This document shows positions 46,256 through 54,628 of a stretch of DNA of 64,000 nucleotides, piece by piece. This DNA is from Bacteroidota bacterium (GTDB taxonomy: Bacteria > Bacteroidota > Bacteroidia > Chitinophagales > Saprospiraceae). The stretch spans positions 3,522-67,521 of the forward strand of contig JBEGMH010000344.1 of NCBI GenBank assembly GCA_041183125.1, in the 5' to 3' direction. Position 1 is the stretch's first letter. Every line of letters begins with the position of its first letter. A program made the position numbers and the translations under genes. The notes below the pieces were generated by a model that saw only the letters and a list, made by a program, of their open reading frames with translations, was not told the origin of the DNA and ran no database searches.

Positions 46256-47548
46256 ATGAAATGGCGCCTCTTCCTCCTGCTTTTGGTTGCGACGAGCAGG
46301 CTCTGCGCAGCAAAAACCGATCCTGCCGCAGAATATGTGTCTGCCCTGAAACGGGTCACCGACATTATGGTCAACGACGTCACTTCGCCCGTGGCCTCTG
46401 CCCGCTATTATGCCTATACGACTTTGGCAGCGTACGAAACCCTGGCAGCCTTCCAGCCGGGGCAATATCCGTCCCTCATCGGCTCGCTCACCCATCCCCT
46501 TCCACTCGAACTGCCCCCGGCGCAGGAAAAGGATTTGCTGACCTGTTCCAAACTGGCCTTGTGGAAAGCTGCTGCCGCCCTGTTGCCCTCTGGAAGCCAG
46601 CTCAAGCCGGACATTGACTCCCTGTCTTCCCATCTATCCAGGCCTGGGCGGATGCTCATAGACAGCGTCGTAGGCCAAATCGTCGCCTGGGCGCTCCGGG
46701 ACGGGTTCCTTCAGTTGAACAACCTCCAGCGCTACACCCCCAAGCGGGGACCTGCTTTTTGGCAGCCTACCGGCCCTGCCTTCATGGCCCCGGTAGAACC
46801 CCACTGGAATACCATCCGCACGCTCGTGCTGGATTCTGCCGACCAGTTTGTACCGCTGCCGCCCACGCCGTTTGATTTAGACAAAAACTCCCCGTTTTAT
46901 ACGCTTCTGCAAGAAGTATATGAGAGCGTCCGCTCCAAAAACCCCGAAAAAGAAGCTATTGCGAATTTTTGGGACTGCAACCCCTATCACATCTCACAAA
47001 TTGGGCACGTAGAATTCGGGACCAAGAAAATTTCACCCGGCGGGCACTGGATGGGGATTGCCGGAATCGCCTGTAAAAAAGAAAAACTCCCGCTGGGGCA
47101 TACGGTAATGGCCCACACCTTGTTGGCGGTAGCCCTGCACGATGCCTTCATCGCGTGTTGGGACGAAAAGTACCGCAGCCACAGGGTGCGGCCCGAGACA
47201 ACCATAAAGGCACACGTGGACAAAACCTGGAAGACCATCCTCCAAACGCCCCCCTTCCCGGAATATATTTCCGGGCACAGCGTCGCGTCCACGGCAGCAT
47301 CCGTGGTGCTGACCCGTATTTTTGGGGCCGACTTTCCGTTCAGCGACGATACCGAGGTCGAATTTGGGTTGCCGGTGCGCAAATTCCGTTCTTTTGCTTC
47401 GGCCGCCGAAGAAGCATCCCTTTCGAGGCTGTACGGCGGCATACATTTTCGGGATGCCATAGAGCAGGGAGTCTGGCAGGGCAAAGCGGTAGGGCATCTT
47501 GTGACTGACCGGCTCGGGAAGCATTTTGAGTACCTGTCAAAACGATAA
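46256..47548 (+). CDS. PAP2 superfamily / vanadium-haloperoxidase-like secreted protein
   Basis: 430-aa ORF with a signal peptide. It carries the PAP2 motifs KYRSHRVRP (KxxxxxxRP), ISGHS and SRLYGGIHFRD. Confidence 0.75.
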   Translation: MKWRLFLLLLVATSRLCAAKTDPAAEYVSALKRVTDIMVNDVTSPVASARYYAYTTLAAYETLAAFQPGQYPSLIGSLTHPLPLELPPAQEKDLLTCSKLALWKAAAALLPSGSQLKPDIDSLSSHLSRPGRMLIDSVVGQIVAWALRDGFLQLNNLQRYTPKRGPAFWQPTGPAFMAPVEPHWNTIRTLVLDSADQFVPLPPTPFDLDKNSPFYTLLQEVYESVRSKNPEKEAIANFWDCNPYHISQIGHVEFGTKKISPGGHWMGIAGIACKKEKLPLGHTVMAHTLLAVALHDAFIACWDEKYRSHRVRPETTIKAHVDKTWKTILQTPPFPEYISGHSVASTAASVVLTRIFGADFPFSDDTEVEFGLPVRKFRSFASAAEEASLSRLYGGIHFRDAIEQGVWQGKAVGHLVTDRLGKHFEYLSKR

Positions 47549-47552
47549 AGGC

Positions 47553-48953
47553 TCAGCGCGCATCCCCTGCTTCTAACAAGAGGTATCCCCACGGTGGGAG
47601 CTCCAATGGGTACCGCTCTTTGACGCTGCGCTTCTTTCCGGTAAAAGCATCTGTGTAAGCCCCTCTTTGTCTGGGTCCGGGATACAGCACTGTTTTTACA
47701 GGGGACGGGCTCAAATTGACCGCACACAGCACTTTATCGCCCGATTTTCCGCGAAAAAAGGATACAAAGAGTGCTTTTCCGTCATTTCGGACCTCCTGGA
47801 TCGCCCCCCCATCGGCTCCGTTCCAAAGGGCTTCGTTGCGCTTTTTGAGCTGGATCAGGGTTTTCAATCCGGGTGCCAGAACGGGATGAGGGTTCCAGAC
47901 GATAGTGTCTTTTTCGGTTTCCTGTAAAGGGTGGTTTAGTCCAGCCTCCTGGCCGCCATGTACCTCGAGCATACCCGGAAGCGCACTTGCCAGTACCAGG
48001 GCAGCCATAGCGGCATCCTCTTCTACCAATAGTCCCGGGGACAGCAAGCGATAGGCATCGGTGGGAAACGCATTGGTTTCATGCGCGAGATACCGTTTTA
48101 GCCCCAGGGTATCGGGGTAGCCCATGGCGATTTGCTGCACGGCCTGTTGGAAGTTGCCGGCATGGGTTGCATCGAAAGCACGACGATGCAAGTCCCTCGA
48201 TGCACCGTCAGCCAACATAAAGACCGGTTTGATCTTGTCGAGCTCCGAGCGGGCCATTTCCCAAAAATCGAGGGGCACCCATTCTGCGCGGGCGCAGCGA
48301 TACCCATCAATTTCCGTTTCGGCTACCCAAAACTTGAGGGCTTCCAGCATATATTTGCGAAGCCCGGGCTTACTGAAGTCGAGCGCTACGATATCGCCGT
48401 CGTCTGTCCAGGGGGCTGGTTGGAAGGCATCCTCCGGCGATTTGAGGTACCAGTCCGGGTGTTCGCTGCGCAGGCTATTGTCCCAGGCGGTAGCGCTCGC
48501 CGGCCAATCGATCACTAAATACATGTCCAGGGCGTGGATTTTGTCCACCAGTGATTTGAAATCTTCGAGGGTGCCAAATTCCGGGTTAATGCCGTAGTAA
48601 TCTTTCACGGCGTACAAATTGCCGAGGGCTCCCTTGCGGTTTTGTTCGCCGATGGGGTGTACGGGCATGAGGCCTATGACCTCAACCCCCATTTGTTTCA
48701 GGCGTGGCAGATGGGCTTCAAATGCCTTGAACGTGCCCTCGGGCGTAAAATGCCGGATATTGACCCGGTAGAATACCGCACTTCTAGACCAGTCTGGATG
48801 ATCGAGCTCGACGTATCGGGCTATCCGGAAGCGCGCATCAAAAACGCTGCTGTCGCGGAAGTTCCAAAGCCCGGCATCGCCCCCGTCCTCAGAACAGCGG
48901 GCCAGGGCGAACAAGGCAAGGGCCAAAGCCAGACATTTTTGAATTCGATACAT
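47553..48953 (-). CDS. GH13 (alpha-amylase family)-like lipoprotein, probably catalytically inactive
   Basis: The ORF-track entry is 47553-49025. The Met at 48953 gives a lipoprotein signal (MYRIQKCLALALALFALARCSE). The GH13 scaffold motifs are clear (VFYRVNIRHFTPEGTF; GLMPVHPIGEQNRKGALGNLYAVKDYYGINPEFGTLEDF). The catalytic positions are substituted (see findings). Confidence 0.75.
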   Translation of the reverse strand: MYRIQKCLALALALFALARCSEDGGDAGLWNFRDSSVFDARFRIARYVELDHPDWSRSAVFYRVNIRHFTPEGTFKAFEAHLPRLKQMGVEVIGLMPVHPIGEQNRKGALGNLYAVKDYYGINPEFGTLEDFKSLVDKIHALDMYLVIDWPASATAWDNSLRSEHPDWYLKSPEDAFQPAPWTDDGDIVALDFSKPGLRKYMLEALKFWVAETEIDGYRCARAEWVPLDFWEMARSELDKIKPVFMLADGASRDLHRRAFDATHAGNFQQAVQQIAMGYPDTLGLKRYLAHETNAFPTDAYRLLSPGLLVEEDAAMAALVLASALPGMLEVHGGQEAGLNHPLQETEKDTIVWNPHPVLAPGLKTLIQLKKRNEALWNGADGGAIQEVRNDGKALFVSFFRGKSGDKVLCAVNLSPSPVKTVLYPGPRQRGAYTDAFTGKKRSVKERYPLELPPWGYLLLEAGDAR

Positions 48954-48987
48954 GAAAATATGGAATTTTTCCATTTCAAAATCAATG

Positions 48988-49033
48988 GGTTTGTGGCGAG
49001 GAGTCAGAGGGAGTCTCCCCGCCACAAACCTCT
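48988..49033. repeat. short core-less variant of the palindromic repeat, copy N
   Basis: Sequence: GGTTTGTGGCGAGGAGTCAGAGGGAGTCTCCCCGCCACAAACCTCT. The arms are inverted (GTTTGTGGCG / CGCCACAAAC). GTGGCGAGGAG is identical to copy J, and the right end resembles copy D. It lies 34 nt upstream of the GH13-like start. Confidence 0.45.
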
Positions 49034-49111
49034 TTTTATGCTAAAGGCACAAGTTGTTGAATTTTGCTTAAAATTATTATTTTTACCCGAAACCTAAAGC
49101 CATTGTATCTT

Positions 49112-49366
49112 ATGACTGAACAGCGACTTAAAAAGTACTGGAAAAAACACCTGAACTATCTGTATTCCCTTCTTGGGATATGGTTTTTTGCGTCCTTCGG
49201 GTTCGGGATTATTTTTCGCAAGCAACTGGACGCCCTATCCTTCAGCGGGTTCAAACTTGGGTTCTGGTTTGCGCAAAACGGCGCCATCTTCGCTTTCATC
49301 GCGCTCATATTCGTCTATGTGCGCCTGATGAACAGCCTGGACAAGGAGTATGACGTGGATGAATAG
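49112..49366 (+). CDS. DUF4212 small membrane protein (solute:sodium symporter small subunit)
   Basis: The ORF-track entry is 49064-49366. I place the start at the Met at 49112 (MTEQRLKKYWKKHLNYLYSLLGIWFFASFGFGIIF), which is typical DUF4212. It lies upstream of an SSS transporter. Confidence 0.8.
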   Translation: MTEQRLKKYWKKHLNYLYSLLGIWFFASFGFGIIFRKQLDALSFSGFKLGFWFAQNGAIFAFIALIFVYVRLMNSLDKEYDVDE

Positions 49367-49444
49367 TAGACTGGTTGCGTGGGGATCATCAAGGGGTCAA
49401 AAAGGCCTTTTTTCCCCACTTCCCCGACCCCTCGCCAACCTCTA
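49367..49444. repeat. palindromic intergenic repeat, copy D
   Basis: Sequence: TAGACTGGTTGCGTGGGGATCATCAAGGGGTCAAAAAGGCCTTTTTTCCCCACTTCCCCGACCCCTCGCCAACCTCTA. It starts immediately after the DUF4212 TAG stop and ends 38 nt before the symporter ATG. Confidence 0.85.
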
Positions 49445-49482
49445 AAAGAGTCGTTTTTTGTCTACCTTTTAATTTGGTTCCT

Positions 49483-51186
49483 ATGACAGTTCAAACCTGG
49501 ACCTTTATCATCGTAGGGTTATCTTTTGCCCTGTACATTGCCATTGCCCTCTGGACGAGGGCCAGTTCCACCAAAGAATTTTATGTGGCTGGAGGGGGCG
49601 TACACCCCATAATAAACGGCATGGCGACTGCTGCCGACTGGATGTCGGCAGCTTCCTTTATTTCTATGGCGGGATTGATTTCCTTTCTGGGCTATGACGG
49701 CTCCGTATATTTGATGGGCTGGACGGGGGGCTATGTCCTGCTCGCCCTTCTGTTGGCCCCTTACCTGCGCAAGTTTGGCAAATTTACGGTACCGGATTTC
49801 ATTGGCGAGCGCTATTACTCGCAAACGGCGCGCATAGTGGCCGTAGTTTGTGCCCTCTTCGTCTCCTTCACGTATATCGCGGGGCAGATGCGCGGGGTGG
49901 GGATTGTGTTCTCCCGTTTTCTGGAAGTACCGATCAACATGGGTGTGCTGCTCGGCATGGGCATTGTCTTTTTCTACGCGGTCCTGGGCGGTATGAAAGG
50001 CATTACCTATACGCAGGTAGCCCAATATTGCGTGCTCATCTTCGCGTACATGGTGCCTGCTATTTTCATCTCCTTTCAAATGACGGGGAACCCTGTTCCG
50101 CAAGCTGCCTTCGGCGGGATGCTCGACAAGCTGGACGGGCTCAACGCCGAGCTCGGTTTTGCCGCTTATACCGCAGGCTCGAAGCCGCTGATGGATATTT
50201 TTTGCATCACCGCGGCCCTGATGGTAGGCACGGCAGGGCTACCGCACGTCATTGTGCGCTTTTTTACGGTGCCCAAAGTGCGGGACGCGCGCCTGTCGGC
50301 AGGATGGGCATTGATTTTCATAGCCATTTTATACACTACGGCACCGGCTATCGGCGTCTTCGTGCGCACCAACCTCCTGGAGACCGTTTCCGGGAAGCGC
50401 TACGAACAAGCGCCGCAATGGATGAAAAACTGGGAGAAAGCGAACCTGATCAAGTTTGAAGACAAAAACGGGGACGGGCTCATTCAGTACTACAACGATA
50501 AAAGCCAGGACGCTGCTTTTGTTTCTGCTGCCGCTGAAAAGGGCTGGAAAGGGAACGAACTGACCATAGACCAGGACATCATGGTGCTCGCCAACCCGGA
50601 AATTGCCCGGCTCCCCGCCTGGGTCATCGCGCTGGTAGCTGCCGGAGGCCTTGCTGCCGCCCTTTCCACCGCAGCCGGACTGTTGCTGGTCATCTCCTCT
50701 GCCGTTTCCCACGATTTGTTGAAAAGCGCTATCAAGCCCAATATTTCAGAAAAAGGGGAGCTTCTCGCTGCCCGAATCGCTTCCGCTGCAGCCGTCGCCC
50801 TGGCGGGTTTGATCGGCATCTATCCACCTGATTTCGTGGCAGCTATCGTCGCATTTGCCTTTGGGCTGGCAGCCTCCTCCTTCTTTCCGGCCATCTTGCT
50901 CGGTATCTTTGTCAAACGCATCAACAAAGAAGGTGCTGTGGCCGGGATGTTGAGCGGCCTGCTCTTCACTTCCTCGTATATTGTAGGGTTTAAGTTCCTG
51001 GGCTGGTCTCCGGACAACTACCTGTTTGGCATCTCCCCTGAGGGCATAGGGAGCATCGGGATGCTGATCAACATGGCCGTTACCTTTTTGGTCTCCAGCT
51101 TTACGCCTCCGCCGCCCGCCCACATACAAGACATGATTGACGATATCCGCACGCCCAGAGGGGCGGGCCAGGCCCGTTCGCATTGA
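49483..51186 (+). CDS. sodium:solute symporter family transporter (VC_2705/ActP-like large subunit)
   Basis: The ORF-track entry is 49375-51186. I place the start at the Met at 49483 (MTVQTWTFIIVGLSFALYIAIALW), because the first 36 track codons translate repeat copy D. It is a multi-TM protein with an SSS-type sequence throughout. Confidence 0.9.
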   Translation: MTVQTWTFIIVGLSFALYIAIALWTRASSTKEFYVAGGGVHPIINGMATAADWMSAASFISMAGLISFLGYDGSVYLMGWTGGYVLLALLLAPYLRKFGKFTVPDFIGERYYSQTARIVAVVCALFVSFTYIAGQMRGVGIVFSRFLEVPINMGVLLGMGIVFFYAVLGGMKGITYTQVAQYCVLIFAYMVPAIFISFQMTGNPVPQAAFGGMLDKLDGLNAELGFAAYTAGSKPLMDIFCITAALMVGTAGLPHVIVRFFTVPKVRDARLSAGWALIFIAILYTTAPAIGVFVRTNLLETVSGKRYEQAPQWMKNWEKANLIKFEDKNGDGLIQYYNDKSQDAAFVSAAAEKGWKGNELTIDQDIMVLANPEIARLPAWVIALVAAGGLAAALSTAAGLLLVISSAVSHDLLKSAIKPNISEKGELLAARIASAAAVALAGLIGIYPPDFVAAIVAFAFGLAASSFFPAILLGIFVKRINKEGAVAGMLSGLLFTSSYIVGFKFLGWSPDNYLFGISPEGIGSIGMLINMAVTFLVSSFTPPPPAHIQDMIDDIRTPRGAGQARSH

Positions 51187-51224
51187 ACCAACCCTCTGTG
51201 CCATGCGTTTCAGAGTTGCTTTGA

Positions 51225-51292
51225 TGGTCTTGTTGAAAGGGGGTACGCCCCAAAGGGTTAAAAACCCTTTGCCGACCCTCACAACCAGTCTG
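51225..51292. repeat. palindromic intergenic repeat, copy E
   Basis: Sequence: TGGTCTTGTTGAAAGGGGGTACGCCCCAAAGGGTTAAAAACCCTTTGCCGACCCTCACAACCAGTCTG. It has the same order of blocks as copy D. It ends 35 nt before the SOD ATG. Confidence 0.65.
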
Positions 51293-51327
51293 TTATCTTT
51301 ATTTTTACAAAAAAATCTATTTCTGTC

Positions 51328-52335
51328 ATGAGAGTTACCGTCCCTTTCCTTTTCCTGTGCTGCTTGCTTGCCGTGGAGAGCTTGTCCGCACAATTCACGC
51401 AAAAGCCCCTGCCTTACGCGTACAATGCACTGGAGCCCTACATTGATGCCCAAACCATGGAAATCCACTTTTCCAAACACCACACAGCATACATCAACAA
51501 CCTAAACAAAGCCCTGAGCGGCACGGAGGCGGCCAGCATGGACCTTGAGAAAATATTGGCCGGCATTTCCAAATTCCCGGAAGCGGTGCGCAACAATGGC
51601 GGCGGGCACTATAACCACGAGTTGTTCTGGAGCGTGCTCACGCCGGAGAAAAACACCCAGCCTTCCACAGAATTAGCCAAAGCCATCACCAATACGTTCA
51701 CTTCCGTGGACAGCTTGAAAACATTGATGAACCAGGCTGCAGCCACGCGCTTTGGCTCGGGCTGGGCATGGTTGGTCGTAACGCCTTACGGCAAATTAGA
51801 GGTTTGCTCCACCCCCAACCAGGACAACCCACTCATGGACATCGCCCCCGTAAAAGGATATCCCATACTGGGCATCGACGTCTGGGAACACGCGTATTAC
51901 CTCAAATATCAGAACAAACGCGGCGACTACTTAGCCAGTATCTGGAACGTCGTCAACTGGACCGAGGTCAGTAAGCGATTCGCAGAGGGGATGAAGCGCC
52001 GCAAAGGCCTCTTTGACGAATGGGCAGAAATGAAAGCTTTTCACAAGGTGATGTCGGAAACGTTCCACCCCAGCGAGGAAGGAAAATTGGAGCCCATCCG
52101 TACCCGCAGCGGGGAAATGGTGGAAAAAGCCCTCGCCCTACCCGATTCCAAAAAGCCCGCCGAATTCAATACCCCCAACATCAATACCTCTGTCAAGGCA
52201 TTGATCGCACAGGCTAAAACGGTACATAAACTCGTGAAGCAAAAAGCAGACGACAAAACCGTCACCGAAGCGCTCAACAAAGCACACGACGTATTCCACA
52301 CCATCGTAGGCCTCTGCCGCGATGAAGTGCATTAA
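51328..52335 (+). CDS. secreted Fe/Mn superoxide dismutase with a C-terminal extension of about 110 aa
   Basis: 335-aa ORF with a signal peptide ([22 protein letters not shown]). The SOD motifs are [27 protein letters not shown] and DVWEHAYYL. The SOD domain ends near residue 222. Confidence 0.9.
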   Translation: MRVTVPFLFLCCLLAVESLSAQFTQKPLPYAYNALEPYIDAQTMEIHFSKHHTAYINNLNKALSGTEAASMDLEKILAGISKFPEAVRNNGGGHYNHELFWSVLTPEKNTQPSTELAKAITNTFTSVDSLKTLMNQAAATRFGSGWAWLVVTPYGKLEVCSTPNQDNPLMDIAPVKGYPILGIDVWEHAYYLKYQNKRGDYLASIWNVVNWTEVSKRFAEGMKRRKGLFDEWAEMKAFHKVMSETFHPSEEGKLEPIRTRSGEMVEKALALPDSKKPAEFNTPNINTSVKALIAQAKTVHKLVKQKADDKTVTEALNKAHDVFHTIVGLCRDEVH

Positions 52336-52357
52336 CCACCTGCTCTAACCCATTGTT

Positions 52358-53146
52358 ATGCAACTACTACAGACGGCCGAACGGGTCTCGCAACACGACT
52401 TGTCTGACAACTACGTCTTTCAACGCTCTGTATTGGCGTATATCGAAGCCGCAAAACTCGTATCCGGCCAAGTGCTGGAAATAGGTACCGGCAGCGGTTA
52501 TGGCATCGGGGTCATCGCTGACCAGACCGAGCGCTTTGTCACCCTGGACAAGTTCGAGCCCGCTATCCTCGCCAGCCAGGAAATCCAGCGCAGGGACAAC
52601 GTCGAATTCATCCGCATGACCATCCCGCCCTTGTCGGGCATCCCGGACGATGCGTTTGATTTCGTCATCTCTTTCCAGGTCATCGAGCATATTGAAAACG
52701 ACAACCTGTTCGTACAGGAAATACACCGGGTACTCAAACCCGGCGGAAAGTTTATCGTAACCACCCCCAACCGGAAAATGTCCCTCACCCGCAACCCATG
52801 GCACGTCAGGGAATACACCGTATCCGAACTGAAAGCCCTCCTGTTGAAACGCTTCGATTCGGTGGAGGCCTCCGGCGTTTTCGGAAACGAAAAAATCATG
52901 GCCTACTACGATAAGAACAAGGCTTCCGTAGAGGCGATTACCCGCTTTGATGTGCTCAAGCTCCAGTATCGGTTGCCGCGGCAGTTGCTACAAATTCCCT
53001 ACGACGTCCTCAACCGGATGAACCGTAGGAAACTGCTCAAAAACAACAACTCCTTGGTGAGCGAAATCACCAAGGAGGACTATTGCTTAGGGGAAGCCGA
53101 CGATAGCTGCTTCGACCTGTTCTATGTAGCCAGGAAAAAGGGGTAA
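52358..53146 (+). CDS. class I SAM-dependent methyltransferase
   Basis: 262-aa ORF with SAM motif I VLEIGTGSGYG and the post-I/II pattern of the Methyltransf_11 type. Confidence 0.8.
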   Translation: MQLLQTAERVSQHDLSDNYVFQRSVLAYIEAAKLVSGQVLEIGTGSGYGIGVIADQTERFVTLDKFEPAILASQEIQRRDNVEFIRMTIPPLSGIPDDAFDFVISFQVIEHIENDNLFVQEIHRVLKPGGKFIVTTPNRKMSLTRNPWHVREYTVSELKALLLKRFDSVEASGVFGNEKIMAYYDKNKASVEAITRFDVLKLQYRLPRQLLQIPYDVLNRMNRRKLLKNNNSLVSEITKEDYCLGEADDSCFDLFYVARKKG

Positions 53147-53160
53147 GCCCCCTTTTTCCT
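53132..53160. terminator. putative bidirectional terminator hairpin overlapping both convergent stop codons
   Basis: The stem is AGGAAAAAGGGG / CCCCTTTTTCCT (12 bp) with loop TAAGC. The loop contains the methyltransferase TAA, and the right arm overlaps the DoxX stop (CTA at 53159-53161). There is no separate trailing T-run; the T-run is inside the stem. Confidence 0.5.
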
Positions 53161-53518
53161 AGAAAAGCCGGTAGAGGGCAACTTCCAGCGCCAGGATAAA
53201 CAACACGGCATTGATGATAATGGCTTGTTTTTCCCCTTTTCGGTAGTGGTAGAGGCCAGCCATGACCATGATGGCAGCCAAGCCAAGACCTGCGAGACCC
53301 GTCAGCCAGGGCAGGATTCCCGTTGCGTAGGGAAGGATCAAGCCCACTGCCCCCAACAACTCCGCTATACCGACGTACCGGACCGTTTGAACGGGGTAAT
53401 CGTTTACCCAAGGCATGTTGGGGGCTAACTTGTCTATCGGTTGTGTGGCCTTGACGACACCGGCCAGGCCGAACAATACGGCTAAAACGACCTGAATGAT
53501 CCAATAAAGCGTGTTCAT
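53159..53518 (-). CDS. DoxX family small membrane protein
   Basis: 119-aa ORF with four hydrophobic helices and a DoxX-like N-terminus (MNTLYWIIQVVLAVLFGLAGVVKATQP). I prefer it to the overlapping 170-aa Arg/Pro-rich ORF in another frame. Confidence 0.7.
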   Translation of the reverse strand: MNTLYWIIQVVLAVLFGLAGVVKATQPIDKLAPNMPWVNDYPVQTVRYVGIAELLGAVGLILPYATGILPWLTGLAGLGLAAIMVMAGLYHYRKGEKQAIIINAVLFILALEVALYRLF

Positions 53519-53604
53519 AGCGTATAATCGTGTGTGAAAAAATCATTTGGGAACGCAAACATAAGGAAAAATACGCCAAAAAGATACCCTCGGATCAACC
53601 CTGT

Positions 53605-54444
53605 TTAAAATTTCCCGGCCCACTCGATGGCGCTGATCAGGTGTTCTAGGGCCAACGGCTCTCCGAAGATCGCCCCTGCGTGGCCCATACCGGTGTAAAA
53701 CACCCTTCCCTTGCCCGCTTTGTTCACCCAGCTGATGGGATGGTCTTTGCCCATACCTCCTGTTTCTCCTACGTCGTACGTGCTTTCGTCGAGCGAAGCG
53801 AGCACGTGGATGTCTCCCCTACCGCGTACGTTGCGGTTGAAGTTGTACCATTCATCTGCCCTTTTCCAGGTGGGTGGAAGGTGTCGGGTCGTCGGGTGCT
53901 TGCCGTCTTCGGTGACAATGGTCGCCTCCGGCATGTGCGGGCGCATGCTGTGGTTTTTGAAGTACGCTCCCACCAGGTTGCCGTACCACTCCCAGGAATA
54001 CTCGGTGTCCGATGCGGAGTGAATGCCCACGAAGCCGCCGCCGCCTTCTACAAACCCTTTGAGCGCTGCTTCCTGGTCAGGGGTCAACACGTCTCCGGTA
54101 GTGCAGTGAAACACTACCACCTTGAAACGCGAGAGGTAATCGTCGTTGAAAAACGCCCCGTTCTCCGTGGCCACTACGTCCCAGCCCTTTGCTTTGCCGA
54201 TCTCCTGGAACGTTTCCGTGCCCACTTTGATGGACTCTGTATGCCGGAACCCATTGGTTTTTGTGAACACCAAAACCCCTTTAGAACCAATTTTTCCAGG
54301 GTCAGGAGGGCGCACTGTGTCAAAAACCGGGTGCTGCCAGGGCAGTTTGCGCGTGAGGTAGAGCGCATATACTTTGAGGGACGAAAAGGCTAAAAACAAT
54401 ACGCCCAGCGTCACTGTCAGAATTTTAATTGATTTTTTTAACAT
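53605..54444 (-). CDS. ThuA domain-containing protein
   Basis: 279-aa ORF with an N-terminal TM/signal. It has a ThuA-like core (VLVFTKTNGFRHTESI...FVGIHSASDT...HPISW). Confidence 0.8.
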   Translation of the reverse strand: MLKKSIKILTVTLGVLFLAFSSLKVYALYLTRKLPWQHPVFDTVRPPDPGKIGSKGVLVFTKTNGFRHTESIKVGTETFQEIGKAKGWDVVATENGAFFNDDYLSRFKVVVFHCTTGDVLTPDQEAALKGFVEGGGGFVGIHSASDTEYSWEWYGNLVGAYFKNHSMRPHMPEATIVTEDGKHPTTRHLPPTWKRADEWYNFNRNVRGRGDIHVLASLDESTYDVGETGGMGKDHPISWVNKAGKGRVFYTGMGHAGAIFGEPLALEHLISAIEWAGKF

Positions 54445-54589
54445 AATTAAAATTTTATTTTGTTATCCATAAAAAACTGTTTTCGTTACCAAAGCGCCAA
54501 GACGGTCGGTATTTATTTTGGAAATGTACAAAAAAACCTCCAAAGCCTTGCAGTGCGGAAGAAAAACAGGTACTTCCTGATTTTTTTCT

Positions 54590-54597
54590 TACTTTTG
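54590..54597 (+). promoter_or_regulatory. candidate Bacteroidota -7 promoter box (TAnnTTTG)
   Basis: TACTTTTG is an exact consensus match, 31 nt upstream of the ATG at 54629. Confidence 0.3.
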
Positions 54598-54628
54598 AAC
54601 ATTGATCAACCTGAATAATACCAGCACC

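Noticed and set aside
46987-47727. 246-aa minus-strand ORF bridging the PAP2-like and GH13-like genes
   Set aside because: It is antisense to the PAP2 motif region and out of frame with the GH13-like gene, and its sequence is low-complexity.
53067-53579. 170-aa minus-strand ORF overlapping the DoxX ORF in another frame
   Set aside because: It is rich in Arg, Pro, Ser and Gly with no hydrophobic segments. It would overlap the end of the methyltransferase gene, and the 119-aa four-helix DoxX-like frame is preferred.
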